Shown here: in pieces, positions 1 through 9,495 of the stretch
Numbering within the stretch: position 1 is the first letter of the stretch
How the letters are laid out: every line of letters starts with the position of its first letter
NCBI GenBank assembly: GCA_963707215.1
Contig: CAVPPB010000003.1
Span: forward strand, 1,024,001-1,088,000
Source of the DNA: an uncultured Chloroflexia bacterium
GTDB taxonomy: Bacteria; Chloroflexota; Limnocylindria; Limnocylindrales; CSP1-4
DNA: 64,000 bases
Direction: 5' to 3'
Position numbers and translations under genes: made by a program
The notes under the pieces: generated by a model
What the model was told of the DNA's origin: nothing
Databases searched by the model: none
The model's input: the letters and a program-made list of their open reading frames with translations, nothing else

Positions 1-1
1 C

Positions 2-301
2 CGGCCCCACGGCCACGCTGAGCAGGCAGAAGATCGCCTCCTCGGCGCCGGCGAAGACGAGGACGTCGTCCGGCTCGACCGTCTCGTAGAGCCCGGCGAT
101 CTCGCCTCGGAGCAGCGGATGGCCGATGGATTCGGTGTAGCCGAGGCGCAGCCCCTCCCACAGCTCCCTTGTCTCGTCGTCCATGAGCCCGACCAGCTCG
201 GCCATCGACCAGCCCTCCACGTCCGAGGCGCAGAGGACGTGCCGGACGGCGAACTCCCAGCGGGCGAAGTAGCGCTCCAGCGCGAAATCGGTTATCCGCA
301 T
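2..301 (-). CDS. PLP-dependent aminotransferase class I/II, 5' part (runs off window start)
   Basis: Manual minus-strand translation from ATG 301: MRITDFALERYFARWEFAVRHVLCASDVEG...LGYTESIGHPLLRGEIAGLY...VFAGAEEAIF, a typical fold-type I aminotransferase N-terminus. Not in the ORF track. Confidence 0.8.
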   Translation of the reverse strand, partial: MRITDFALERYFARWEFAVRHVLCASDVEGWSMAELVGLMDDETRELWEGLRLGYTESIGHPLLRGEIAGLYETVEPDDVLVFAGAEEAIFCLLSVAVGP

Positions 302-532
302 GCGGGCATGGTGCCACGCGCGCCAAGACCGGCGGGGCCGGCATCCGCGGCCTGCGATCGGTCCGGCAGCAGCCTGCGGCCGGGCCGCCCGAACCTTCCG
401 TTCGGGTCGCGGGCACCGTGGTGGTCGGGCCGTTCCTCCCTCGACCTCGAGCCTCTCTGGGCCCACCCTCATCCGGTGCGCAGTGCGCCCGGTTCGGTCG
501 CTCGGCGACTGCCCCGCGCGCCGGAGGCGAGC

Positions 533-1528
533 ATGACGAAGGTGATCGAGGCCACCGGCCTCACCAAGTGGTACGGCAAGCGCCGAGGCATCCTCGACGT
601 CGACTTCCACGTCGTCGAGGGCGAGGTCTTCGGGTTCCTGGGGCCCAACGGCGCGGGCAAGACGACGACGATCCGGCTGCTGCTTGGACTGCTCCAGCCG
701 AGCTCGGGTGGCTCGACGCTGTTCGGGGTCGATGCCTGGACCGACGCGCCCGAGGCCCACCGCAAGGTCTCGTATCTCGGCAGCGACCCGGGCTATCTCG
801 GCGAGCTCTCGGCCGGGTCCCAGCTCGACTACCTGGCGACCCTGCGGGGCGTCCCGAAGGGCAGCTGGAAGCCTATCGCAGAGCGGCTCGAGCTCGACCC
901 CTCGGTGCCGGTGAAGAAGCTGTCCCGCGGCAACCGCCAGAAGATCGGGGTGGTCCAGGCCTTCATGGGCCACGAGCCGCTCATCGTCCTCGACGAGCCC
1001 ACCAGCGGCCTGGACCCGCTGATGCAGCGGATCTTCCTGGCCCTCCTGGCCGAGGCCCGGGCCGACGGCCGGACGATCTTCCTCTCGTCGCACAACCTGC
1101 CCGAGGTCGAGCGCAGCTGCGACCGGGTCGGCATCATCCGCGAGGGCCGGCTGATCGAGATCTCGACGGTCCAGGCGCTGCTGTCCGAGCACTGGCGCTC
1201 GGTCAACCTTGTCCTCGGCGAGATGCCGCCGCCCGGGACGTTCGACCTGCCCGGCGTCCAGGTGGCCAGCGCCTCGGCCCGCGACGTCCACCTCATGGTC
1301 CAGGGCGACGTGAACCCGCTCCTGCGGGTGCTCGCCCGGCTGGCCGTGCGCGACATCTCGATCACGACTCCCGAGATCGAGGACATCTTCCTGCGCTACT
1401 ACGACGGGACCGAAGCGACGCCGTTCGGCGACCACCCGGGTACCCTGCCGGCCGATGGGGGCGCGAGCGGAGGCGTCGAGCCGACCGCCGAGCCCGCCGA
1501 CCGCGTCCCCGAGGAGGCCGTCCGATGA
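533..1528 (+). CDS. ABC-2 type exporter ATP-binding protein
   Basis: Walker A GPNGAGKTT, signature LSRGNRQK, Walker B LDEPTSGLD; SD GGAGG before ATG 533. Confidence 0.92.
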   Translation: MTKVIEATGLTKWYGKRRGILDVDFHVVEGEVFGFLGPNGAGKTTTIRLLLGLLQPSSGGSTLFGVDAWTDAPEAHRKVSYLGSDPGYLGELSAGSQLDYLATLRGVPKGSWKPIAERLELDPSVPVKKLSRGNRQKIGVVQAFMGHEPLIVLDEPTSGLDPLMQRIFLALLAEARADGRTIFLSSHNLPEVERSCDRVGIIREGRLIEISTVQALLSEHWRSVNLVLGEMPPPGTFDLPGVQVASASARDVHLMVQGDVNPLLRVLARLAVRDISITTPEIEDIFLRYYDGTEATPFGDHPGTLPADGGASGGVEPTAEPADRVPEEAVR

Positions 1529-2328
1529 CGCTCGCCACCTTCCGCCTCGAGCTCCGCCGCGACAGGATGCTGACGTTCTGGCTCGGCGTCATCGCCTTCG
1601 CCTACGCCGGCACGATGGCGGCGTTCTACCCGCTGATGAAGGACAACACCGCCCTCATCGACGAGTACCTCGACCTCATGCCCGAGGAGTTCCTCGTCGC
1701 CTTCGGGATGACGGGCAGCCTGGCCGACCCGGGCATCTTCTTCACGACCTACGTCGGGAGCTACGTCTGGCCGATCGTCGCCGCCCTGGCCGGGATCCTG
1801 CTGGCGACCCGACCGGTCGCCGCCGACAGCGACCGGGGCTTCCTCGATCTGCCGCTCTCGACACCGATGCCGCGGGTCCGCTACCTCTCGGTCTCGATCG
1901 TCGGGCAGGTGCTCGTCATGGTCGCGCTGGCGGTCGCGATGATGATCGGGGTCGTCGTCGTCGGGGTCATCGTGGATGCCGGGCTCGACGGCGGCCGGAT
2001 GCTCCTCGTCGTGCCATCGGCCGTCGTCTTCGGCTGCGCCATCGCCGGGATCGCGACCCTGCTGTCCGTGGTGACGCTGTCCCGGGGCATCGCCGGCGGG
2101 CTGACCGCGGGGATCGTCATCGGGATGTACCTGCTCAACGTCGTCGCCCAGCTCCAGCCCGACCTCGAGTGGCTCGCTCAGCTGTCGCTGTTCCACTACT
2201 TCGACACGACGGCGATCATCGACGAGGGGGTCATCCCCTGGGTCGACATCACGGTCCACTCGGTCGTCGCAGTGGTGACCTGGGCGCTGGCGCTGGCGCT
2301 CTTCCGGCGGCGAGACCTCGCCGCGTAG
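1525..2328 (+). CDS. ABC-2 type exporter permease
   Basis: ATGA overlap with the ATPase gene; MTLATFRLELRR..., about 6 hydrophobic segments, DRGFLDLPLSTP motif, C-terminal FRRRDL. Confidence 0.88.
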   Translation: MTLATFRLELRRDRMLTFWLGVIAFAYAGTMAAFYPLMKDNTALIDEYLDLMPEEFLVAFGMTGSLADPGIFFTTYVGSYVWPIVAALAGILLATRPVAADSDRGFLDLPLSTPMPRVRYLSVSIVGQVLVMVALAVAMMIGVVVVGVIVDAGLDGGRMLLVVPSAVVFGCAIAGIATLLSVVTLSRGIAGGLTAGIVIGMYLLNVVAQLQPDLEWLAQLSLFHYFDTTAIIDEGVIPWVDITVHSVVAVVTWALALALFRRRDLAA

Positions 2329-2615
2329 ACGACAGCGGCCCGGATCGTCGACGGCGGCGCCCGGCGACGAGGCGACGGTGCCGATGGTCGCGGCCCGCAC
2401 GGTCGAGGCGGTGGCGGACCTGGCCGAGGCCGCCTGGGCTGAGGGGCGCCCGTCATGTCCCGAGGGCGAGACCTCCTTGACGATCCCGGTCGTCCGCGTC
2501 GGGGCATCGGGACGGACGGCTCTCGACGAGTGCACGTGGCCGACGTAGTCTCGGCCCGGGCCGGGCACCCGCGTATCCCCGGGCGCCTCCCTCCTCCGAC
2601 AAGGGAAGGAGACCG

Positions 2616-3074
2616 GTGGTGAGACTGTACGGGCACAGGGAGACCGCCCCCCGCAGCACCGCCGAGGGTCGTCCGAGGCCCTATGTCCGTCCGGGTGCAT
2701 TCCTGAGCAAGGTCCTGAACCCGATCACGGTCGCCCTCGGCCGGAAGACCGTCCTCCTCGTGCGGGGGCGAAGGAGCGGGAAGGTCCTCAAGGTGCCGAT
2801 GGACCCGCCGTTCGAGTGGAACGGGGTCCGCTACTTCGTGTCGCCCCGCGGCGAGACGCACTGGGCACGGAACCTGCGTGCGGCCGGCGAGGCGGACCTG
2901 CGCACTGGTCGCGGTCTCGAGCATGTGCGGGTGGTCGAGCTCCAGGGCGCGGAGCGCGACGCGGTCGTGAAGACCTACGCGTCCACGATCACCTGCAACT
3001 GCCGGAGCTCCATGGAGCTGCTGCCCGACCCAGCCGACCACCCGGTCTTCCGGATCGAGCCGACAGCCACCTGA
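2616..3074 (+). CDS. Deazaflavin (F420H2)-dependent nitroreductase family (Ddn-like) protein
   Basis: Motifs LLVRGRRSGK, W-x-RNLRAAG and terminal HPVFRI; SD AAGGAG upstream. Confidence 0.75.
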   Translation: MVRLYGHRETAPRSTAEGRPRPYVRPGAFLSKVLNPITVALGRKTVLLVRGRRSGKVLKVPMDPPFEWNGVRYFVSPRGETHWARNLRAAGEADLRTGRGLEHVRVVELQGAERDAVVKTYASTITCNCRSSMELLPDPADHPVFRIEPTAT

Positions 3075-3076
3075 TC

Positions 3077-3880
3077 CTAGTCCCCGCCCAGGCCCGCCAG
3101 TGCCGGGTCGATCCCGAAGACCTCCCGGAGTCTCCGCGACGAGAGGACGTCGGCCGGCGGCCCGTCTGCGACGACCGCTCCTCCGTCCAGCAGCACGACC
3201 CGGGGGAAGAAGCGGGCCGCCAGGTGGAGGTCGTGGATGACGGTGATCACGGTCGTGCCGTCACGCTCGTTGAGGTCGGCCAGGAGCTCCATCGCCTCGA
3301 CCCGGTGGCGGAGGTCCAGGTGGACGGTCGGCTCGTCGAGCAGCAGCACCGGCGCCTGCTGGGCGACCGCCATGGCGATCAGGACGAGCTGGCGCTCGCC
3401 GAGCGAGAGCTCCCGGGCGTCCCGTCCCACCAGGCCCACGACGCCGACCCGCTCGATGGCCGCCGCGACGGCGATCCGGTCCGCCGGCCGCGGACCGCGG
3501 AAGGGATCCTCGTGCGGGAGCCGACCCAGGGCCACGACGTCCTCGACGCTCGCCGAGAACGGCAGGGTCGCCAGCTGGGGGACGACGGCCAGGCGGCGGG
3601 CGATCTCCCGCCGCTCCAGGGCGACGATCGGGTCGCCCCCGAGTCGGGCCGCTCCGGACCTCGGGGCCAGGGTGCCGGCGATGACCCGGAGGAGCGTCGA
3701 CTTGCCGGCGCCGTTCGGGCCGACCAGGGCGAGGCGCTCGCCGGCCGACACCGCCAGGTCGACGCCCGCGATGACCTCGCGGGCCCGGTAGGCCACCCGG
3801 ACAGCGGCCAGCTCGACGGCAAGCTCGGCCGCCGGCGGAGCGATGGCCGGTGCCGCGCCCGGCCGCGGCTCGGCGATCAC
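3077..3880 (-). CDS. btuD: Cobalamin/iron-chelate ABC importer ATP-binding protein
   Basis: GTG 3880 overlaps the permease stop; GPNGAGKST, LSLGERQ, LLDEPTVHLD; operon lies under a B12 riboswitch. Confidence 0.85.
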   Translation of the reverse strand: MIAEPRPGAAPAIAPPAAELAVELAAVRVAYRAREVIAGVDLAVSAGERLALVGPNGAGKSTLLRVIAGTLAPRSGAARLGGDPIVALERREIARRLAVVPQLATLPFSASVEDVVALGRLPHEDPFRGPRPADRIAVAAAIERVGVVGLVGRDARELSLGERQLVLIAMAVAQQAPVLLLDEPTVHLDLRHRVEAMELLADLNERDGTTVITVIHDLHLAARFFPRVVLLDGGAVVADGPPADVLSSRRLREVFGIDPALAGLGGD

Positions 3881-4959
3881 AGCTCGTACCCCGTCCGGGC
3901 CCGCCGCAGGAGGACCAGGAAGAACGGGGCCCCGATGACCGCGGTCACGACCCCGACCGGGATCTCGCCGAGGACCCGGGCCACCAGGTCCGCGTAGACC
4001 ATCAGGGCGGCGCCGATGAGCGCCGAGAGCGGCAGGACGAGGCGGGCGTTCGGCCCGACGACCAGACGGACGACGTGCGGCACGACGAGCCCGACGAAGC
4101 CGATCAGCCCCGACACGGCGACAGCCGCCGCGGTCACCAGCGCAGCGAGAGCCAGCAGGATGACCCGCTCCCGCCCCACGTCGACACCGAGGTGGGCGGC
4201 CGGCTCCTCGCCGAGCAGCAGCCCGTTGAGCGTCCGCGCCCGGAGCAGGATCAGGACCGTCCCGACCAGGATCAGCGGCGCGGCGGCCGCCAGCCGGGTC
4301 CACGAGCTGGCGTCGAAGCCGCCGAGGAGGTAGCTGAAGATCTGGCGCAGGCCGGCTCCGCTCAGGTACATCGCCATGGCCAGCCCCGCCGCCAGGAGCG
4401 AGCCGACGGCGTAGCCGGTCAGGAGGAGCCCGGTCAGGGGTGCCAGGGAGCTGGTCCGGGCAAGGGTGTAGACGGTCCAGACGGCCGCCAGCGCCCCGAC
4501 GAAGGCGAGCCCGTGGAGGAGCCCGAACTCGAGGACGAAGATCCGGACCGGCAGGAGGACCGCGATCGCCGCCCCGAGCGCAGCGCCCGACGCGGTGCCC
4601 AGGACGTACGGGTCGGCCAGCGGGTTCCGGAGCAGGCCCTGGAAGGTGGCCCCGGCGACGGCGAGGCCCAGACCGACGACCATCGCGGTGAGGACCCGCG
4701 GCAGGCGGAGCTCCATGACGATCGTCTCGGTCGCTTCCGTCCAGGCGACACCGAGGTCGAGACCGAGCATACGCTGGACGAGGATGGCGACGGTCTCGCC
4801 GGGCGCCACGGCGACCGACCCGACGGCCACCCCCAGGACGAGGGCGAGGAGCAGTGCCGCGATCCCGCCGGCGGCGAGGGCGGCAGGGCGCGAGCGGAGC
4901 CATGCCAGCCGGCCGGGCTGGAGCCCGGCCGCCAGGACGACCTCGCTGCGCGCCGCCAT
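3877..4959 (-). CDS. btuC: FecCD/BtuC family permease
   Basis: RLPR, QGLLRNPLADPYVLG and GLIGFVGLVVPH motifs. Confidence 0.9.
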   Translation of the reverse strand: MAARSEVVLAAGLQPGRLAWLRSRPAALAAGGIAALLLALVLGVAVGSVAVAPGETVAILVQRMLGLDLGVAWTEATETIVMELRLPRVLTAMVVGLGLAVAGATFQGLLRNPLADPYVLGTASGAALGAAIAVLLPVRIFVLEFGLLHGLAFVGALAAVWTVYTLARTSSLAPLTGLLLTGYAVGSLLAAGLAMAMYLSGAGLRQIFSYLLGGFDASSWTRLAAAAPLILVGTVLILLRARTLNGLLLGEEPAAHLGVDVGRERVILLALAALVTAAAVAVSGLIGFVGLVVPHVVRLVVGPNARLVLPLSALIGAALMVYADLVARVLGEIPVGVVTAVIGAPFFLVLLRRARTGYEL

Positions 4960-4961
4960 GG

Positions 4962-6005
4962 TCAGCGGACCGCCGTCACGGCTGCCGAGGCGATCTCAGG
5001 GTGGATCGCCAGGGCCAGCGCCCGGAGGCCCTCGGTCAGGCGAGGACCGGGCCGGGTGACGATGACGTCGTCGACGGGCCGGACCGCACCGGTCTTGACG
5101 GCTGTCATGACGTCCCAGCCCGGCCTCGCCGCCACCTGGTCGGCCGTGACCCCGTAGGCGGCATCGCCGAGCAGGATGACCTCGGGATCCTCGTCCACGA
5201 GGCGCTCGATCGGGATCTCGAAGACGGTCGGGCTGCCCGTGGTGATGGGATCGCCGCCGGCGAGCACGATCATCTCCTCGAGGAACGAGTCGTCAGCCGG
5301 GCCGTAGATGGCGCTCGTCGCGTCGAGCTCGTAGAAGACCCGCGGGGCCTCGAGGCCCTCCACCGACCGCTCGACCGCCTCGATGTCGGCGCGCATCCCG
5401 GCAGTGAGCTCGGCCGCTGCCACGGGGAGACCCACGGCACGCCCGATAAGCTCGATGTCGGTCAGGACGGTCTCGACGTCGGGTGCGTAGACGACGAGGA
5501 CCGGGATGCCGAGCGTCCTGAGTCGGGCAAGGGCCTCGGGGTCGTTGAAGAAGTTCCCGCCGGCGATGACGAGGTCGGCCTCCAGGCCGACGATCCCCTC
5601 GACGTCGACCGAGGTGAAGCTGGCCACGTCGGGCAGGTCGACCGCCTCGGGCGGGTAGTCGTCGAAGTCGGTCGTCGCGACGACCCGGTCGCCGGCGCCG
5701 ATGGCGAACAGGATCTCGGTCGTGGCCGGGGTCAGCGAGACGATGCGCTGCGGCTCGGCCGCCAGCTCGACCGTGTTGCCCTCGTCGTCGACCAGGCTGA
5801 CCGGGAAGGCCGGCGAGGGCGACGGCTCGACGCTGGGGGCCGTCGAGGGGAGCGGCGAGGCCTCGCTCGACGGGGTGGGCGTCGCCGCCGTGCCGCTGCA
5901 GGCGGCAAGGACGAGGGCGCCCGCGATGGCCATCCCGGCCAGCGGGATCGCTGCGGCGCGCCGGATGGCGCGCAGCCGCGGTGAAGGATCGAAGGGGGTG
6001 TCCAC
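4962..6005 (-). CDS. btuF: Cobalamin-binding lipoprotein (BtuF-like); true start may lie further downstream
   Basis: Lipobox LAAC, Pro/Ser linker, RIVSLTPATTEILFAIG, RPGPRL; directly downstream of the cobalamin riboswitch. Confidence 0.85.
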   Translation of the reverse strand: MDTPFDPSPRLRAIRRAAAIPLAGMAIAGALVLAACSGTAATPTPSSEASPLPSTAPSVEPSPSPAFPVSLVDDEGNTVELAAEPQRIVSLTPATTEILFAIGAGDRVVATTDFDDYPPEAVDLPDVASFTSVDVEGIVGLEADLVIAGGNFFNDPEALARLRTLGIPVLVVYAPDVETVLTDIELIGRAVGLPVAAAELTAGMRADIEAVERSVEGLEAPRVFYELDATSAIYGPADDSFLEEMIVLAGGDPITTGSPTVFEIPIERLVDEDPEVILLGDAAYGVTADQVAARPGWDVMTAVKTGAVRPVDDVIVTRPGPRLTEGLRALALAIHPEIASAAVTAVR

Positions 6006-6139
6006 GGATACCTCGGGCGATGCATGGGGGTGCCCGCCGGCTCATCCGGGGGATCGACGCCGGCGCTCGATCGCGTGGACGCCTCAGCCGGTCGGTCGCA
6101 TCGCTTGCCTGCCCCTCTCTCTCGAAGGTTCGAGCAACG

Positions 6140-6250
6140 TCCGCGGGGCCGGCGACCGGACTTCCGCTCGTCTCTGACGGGCGGTCACCGTAGCGGGACT
6201 GTGCCGGACTTGCACCGGCTTCGCGACCCTGCGGCGCCTGTTCGATTGAC
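6140..6250 (-). ncRNA. Cobalamin riboswitch (compact form)
   Basis: Minus strand reads GCGAAGCCGGTGCAAGTCCGGCACAGTCCCGCTACGGTGA, then a short hairpin, then AAGTCCGGTCGCCGGCCC (B12-box-like). Preceded by extended -10 TGGTACGCT (~6257-6265); upstream of btuFCD. Confidence 0.9.
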
Positions 6251-6409
6251 CGGGCGAGCGTACCACGCGCCCCTCGCGGCCGGAGGGTCGGACGGCCCAC
6301 CGGAGGGGGCCGAAGGACCGGGTACGCGGCCGATAAGGACCCCCGAGCACCATCGCCGCCTCGCCCTCCTCCCGCCCGATCCCCATCCCGCCGGAGGAGG
6401 TCCAGTCAG

Positions 6410-7534
6410 ATGTCGTCGAGAGGCGTGGTGCTCCCAGGGCCGATGCTGCTGTTGGCGCTGATCCTGCTGATCGCCGCCGCCGGGGTGCTGCTGGCCGGCC
6501 TGTCGGTCACCCGCAGCCGGGCGCTCACCGCCGAGCCGTCCGGCCCCGGCGTCGACCGGATCGCGTGCGGGCCCGGCGGGCCGGCCACCGACGGCGTCCG
6601 CTGGTGGAGGTCGGTCCCGGTCGTCACCGCGCTGGGCGGGCTCGATGGCTGGGCGCTCCGGCTGGGAGCGCAGGGAGAAGCCGTCTCGACGCTCCGACTG
6701 CCGGCCGAGAGCACCGTCGACGGGCCGGTCCGTGGCGTCGTGGCCGTCGCCGCCGATGACGGCCTGGCCTCGACCGTCCGGCTCGTCGACCGGATGCGCT
6801 GCGGGCGGTCGGTGGTCCGGCTCGACGAGGTGGTCCGGGCGATCGCCCTCGACCCGCAGGCCGCCCGGCTGGCGGTGCATCTCGTCGATCGGACGACCCG
6901 GGCGGACCTGGGCGTCAGGGTCGTCGACGCCGACTCCTGGGCGACGCTGGCCCGAATCGCGCCACCGCCTTCGACCGAGCTGGCCGGGGCCGGCGTCGGG
7001 CGGACCTGGCGGACGCTCCTGCAGTGGGATCGGTCCGGCGAGCGACTGGTCGTCCAGTCATGCGGGCCGCGCGGCTGCCTGACCCGGATCGTCACCGCCG
7101 CCGACGGTCGGGTGGTGGGCGGGGTCGCGTCGACCGCCGACGTCGTGGACCTCGACAGCGATCGCCTCGTGGCCTGGGGGCGCTGCTCGGCGGTCCCCTG
7201 TCCCCTGCTCGCGGTCGACATCGGGACCGGTCGGACGACCGTCCTCGAGTCCGACGCGGTCGCGGCGCGATCAGTCGGTCCGGGCATGGTCGCGGTCGAG
7301 ACCGCCGGCGGGCCGGGCCGCATCCGGGTCCACGACCGTGGGTCCAGAACGGTGACCGACCGCACGCCTGACGACCGCCGCTCCACGTCCCTGCTCCCGG
7401 GTCCCGCCCGGAGCGACGCCGGCGTCGAGCTGCCAGCCGGCTGGATCCCGCTCGTCGCTGCCGGGTCGGATCCCGGCCTCGCCCTCCGCATCGCCGACGG
7501 CTCGCTGGCCCGCCTCGAGGAGGTGACCCAGTGA
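6410..7534 (+). CDS. Hypothetical secreted/membrane-anchored protein, probably beta-rich (propeller-like)
   Basis: SD GGAGGAGG; N-terminal hydrophobic helix; Cys pairs QSCGPRGC and RCSAVPC; stop overlaps next GTG. Confidence 0.7.
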   Translation: MSSRGVVLPGPMLLLALILLIAAAGVLLAGLSVTRSRALTAEPSGPGVDRIACGPGGPATDGVRWWRSVPVVTALGGLDGWALRLGAQGEAVSTLRLPAESTVDGPVRGVVAVAADDGLASTVRLVDRMRCGRSVVRLDEVVRAIALDPQAARLAVHLVDRTTRADLGVRVVDADSWATLARIAPPPSTELAGAGVGRTWRTLLQWDRSGERLVVQSCGPRGCLTRIVTAADGRVVGGVASTADVVDLDSDRLVAWGRCSAVPCPLLAVDIGTGRTTVLESDAVAARSVGPGMVAVETAGGPGRIRVHDRGSRTVTDRTPDDRRSTSLLPGPARSDAGVELPAGWIPLVAAGSDPGLALRIADGSLARLEEVTQ

Positions 7535-8601
7535 CCCGCGATCGCAGCCGGCCGCGCCTGGTGCCGCCGGCCCGCAGCCGACGACTCACCGGCTTGGTCG
7601 CCGTGCTCTGCCTGTCGATGATCCCCACCGGCACCATAGAGGCCCATGCCCCGGACCCCATCGTCGGCGGCAAGCTCTGGGCCCAGGACCAGGACGTCGG
7701 CTATGCCTGGCGATCGGGGCAGGTCCCGGATCCGTGGCTGGCCACGGCCATCAACGCCGCGGCCGGCGTGTCGAACGCCACGCGGGCGTCACGCGCCGCG
7801 CGCTTCACCTACCGGGCCGGCTCGGCCAGCCTGATCGCCTACGGCGAGCCGACCGGTTGCAGCGCGGCCGGCATCGCCTGCTTCGACCGCAGTGGCGCCC
7901 CGACGTCGTTCCGGATGTGGTTCCGGCGGCACGGGACGTGGTTCGACTGGGGCCAGCTGCGCTGGTGCGAGGCGCCCGGTGGCAGCGCCGATGGCTGCTT
8001 CGAGGCCCAGACCATCGCCCTCGACGAGCTGGGCCATGTGGAGGTCCTGGGTCATCACGCGAACTACGCGGACGACCGCGACTACCTCGACGCGGTGGTC
8101 CAGACCCTGTCCCGGGCGAAGCCGCGCGTCGGCTGGTCGTCACGCTCGTACGGCCGCTGCGACCAGGCCCGCCTCCAGCTCGAGTACGACATGGCGACCT
8201 GGTCGGCGCGGTACTCGACCTGCCTCGACCTGGCGGCCGCCGCGACGCTCGCCGCCAGCCGGACCAGCATCACGCTGGGCGATGCGGTATCGCTCACGGC
8301 GACCCTCAAGGTCGCGACGACATCGAGCTACCGGAAGCTGTCCGGCAACCCGGTCTCGGGCCGGACAGTGCAGCTCCAACGCCGCCCGGTCGGCTCGACG
8401 AGCTGGACGACGATCGTGACGATGGCCGGCGGCTCGTCCGCGGGGACCTACGTCGCCTCGGTGACCCCGAGCGCGACGGCCGACTGGCGGGTCGTAGCCA
8501 CGCCGTCCGGCGAGGGGCTCCGCTCGGCCACCTCGGCGACGATCCGGGTGGCGGTCAGCTCCTGCAGCGGAAGCCCGTGCCCCCAGCGGGCCGACCCATG
8601 A
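7531..8601 (+). CDS. Secreted matrixin/metzincin-like protein with degenerate zinc motif plus C-terminal Ig-like domain
   Basis: Signal peptide (..IEA/HAPD); FEAQTIALDELGHVEVLGHH resembles HExxHxxGxxH; C-terminal beta-strand domain (GRTVQLQRR..WTT..). Confidence 0.72.
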   Translation: MTRDRSRPRLVPPARSRRLTGLVAVLCLSMIPTGTIEAHAPDPIVGGKLWAQDQDVGYAWRSGQVPDPWLATAINAAAGVSNATRASRAARFTYRAGSASLIAYGEPTGCSAAGIACFDRSGAPTSFRMWFRRHGTWFDWGQLRWCEAPGGSADGCFEAQTIALDELGHVEVLGHHANYADDRDYLDAVVQTLSRAKPRVGWSSRSYGRCDQARLQLEYDMATWSARYSTCLDLAAAATLAASRTSITLGDAVSLTATLKVATTSSYRKLSGNPVSGRTVQLQRRPVGSTSWTTIVTMAGGSSAGTYVASVTPSATADWRVVATPSGEGLRSATSATIRVAVSSCSGSPCPQRADP

Positions 8602-9188
8602 GGACCGAGCATCGCGGCGTTCCGCGCGTCGCGATCGTCGTGACGGCCGCCATCCTGGCCGCAGCGCTGGCCGCCATCCTGGCCGCCGGCTGCTCGACGA
8701 CCAGGGATCGGACAGGTCCCCCGGCGGGGCGGACGCCGATCCCGACCGGCGCCTCGCCGACGGCGACGCCGACCGCCGTCGATCCGTCACCGGTCGAGCC
8801 GCCGCCGGCTTGGCTCGTCCTGCCCGACGGCCAGCGAGTGTCGGGCAAGCTCGGCAGCTGGACCCTCGACGGTGCCGGCAGCGAGGCGCCGTGGTTGCCG
8901 GCCTCTGCCCTCGCCACGATCTCGGTCCAGCCGGGCACGGCCGTCGTGATCGAGCCAGGCGGCGGCCTTGGGATCGGGGCCTGGAGGGCCGACCTGGCCA
9001 CGGCTGTCGACCCGACCGGCGCCGAGGCCCGCTGGCTGGCGGGCCGCGAGACCGACGAGCCGCCACTCGGGCAGATCGAGCTGCCGCCGCTGCCGGCGGG
9101 ATCATGGGTCGTCCGGGCGACCCTCGGCCTGGCCGGCGGGCGCGGCGATGCTGCCTACTCGTGGGCGGTCGAGGTTGCCGGCGGCTAA
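8598..9188 (+). CDS. Hypothetical lipoprotein
   Basis: ATGA overlap; hydrophobic signal ending LAAGC; Pro/Thr linker followed by a Trp-rich small domain. Confidence 0.72.
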   Translation: MRTEHRGVPRVAIVVTAAILAAALAAILAAGCSTTRDRTGPPAGRTPIPTGASPTATPTAVDPSPVEPPPAWLVLPDGQRVSGKLGSWTLDGAGSEAPWLPASALATISVQPGTAVVIEPGGGLGIGAWRADLATAVDPTGAEARWLAGRETDEPPLGQIELPPLPAGSWVVRATLGLAGGRGDAAYSWAVEVAGG

Positions 9189-9219
9189 GCCGCCGGCACG
9201 GACCGGGTCGGCCGGGGCG

Positions 9220-9495
9220 TCAGGCCTCGACGGGCTCGGCCGCGCTGAAGATCGACACCTGGGCCTCCTCGGGCAGCATGATGCCGAGGATCTTCTGGAG
9301 AGCGAGAAGGTGGACGCAGGCGCCCCAACTCTCGAAGTAGTGGCACGTGCAATGCCAGCGACCGGCGTCGAGACCGACGTGATGGGTGTCGTTGTCGCCG
9401 CGGAACGTCACGGATAGACGATCGATGGTGATCCGATCGAGTTCCCGAGCGTAGCAATTCGCCTTCTCGACCTTGCCGATCAGGGAGCTGTGCAT
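9220..9495 (-). CDS. Small SWIM-type zinc-finger protein
   Basis: MHSSLIGKVEKA...; CTC-x8-CVH (CxC...CxH); SD GGAGG upstream. Confidence 0.8.
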   Translation of the reverse strand: MHSSLIGKVEKANCYARELDRITIDRLSVTFRGDNDTHHVGLDAGRWHCTCHYFESWGACVHLLALQKILGIMLPEEAQVSIFSAAEPVEA

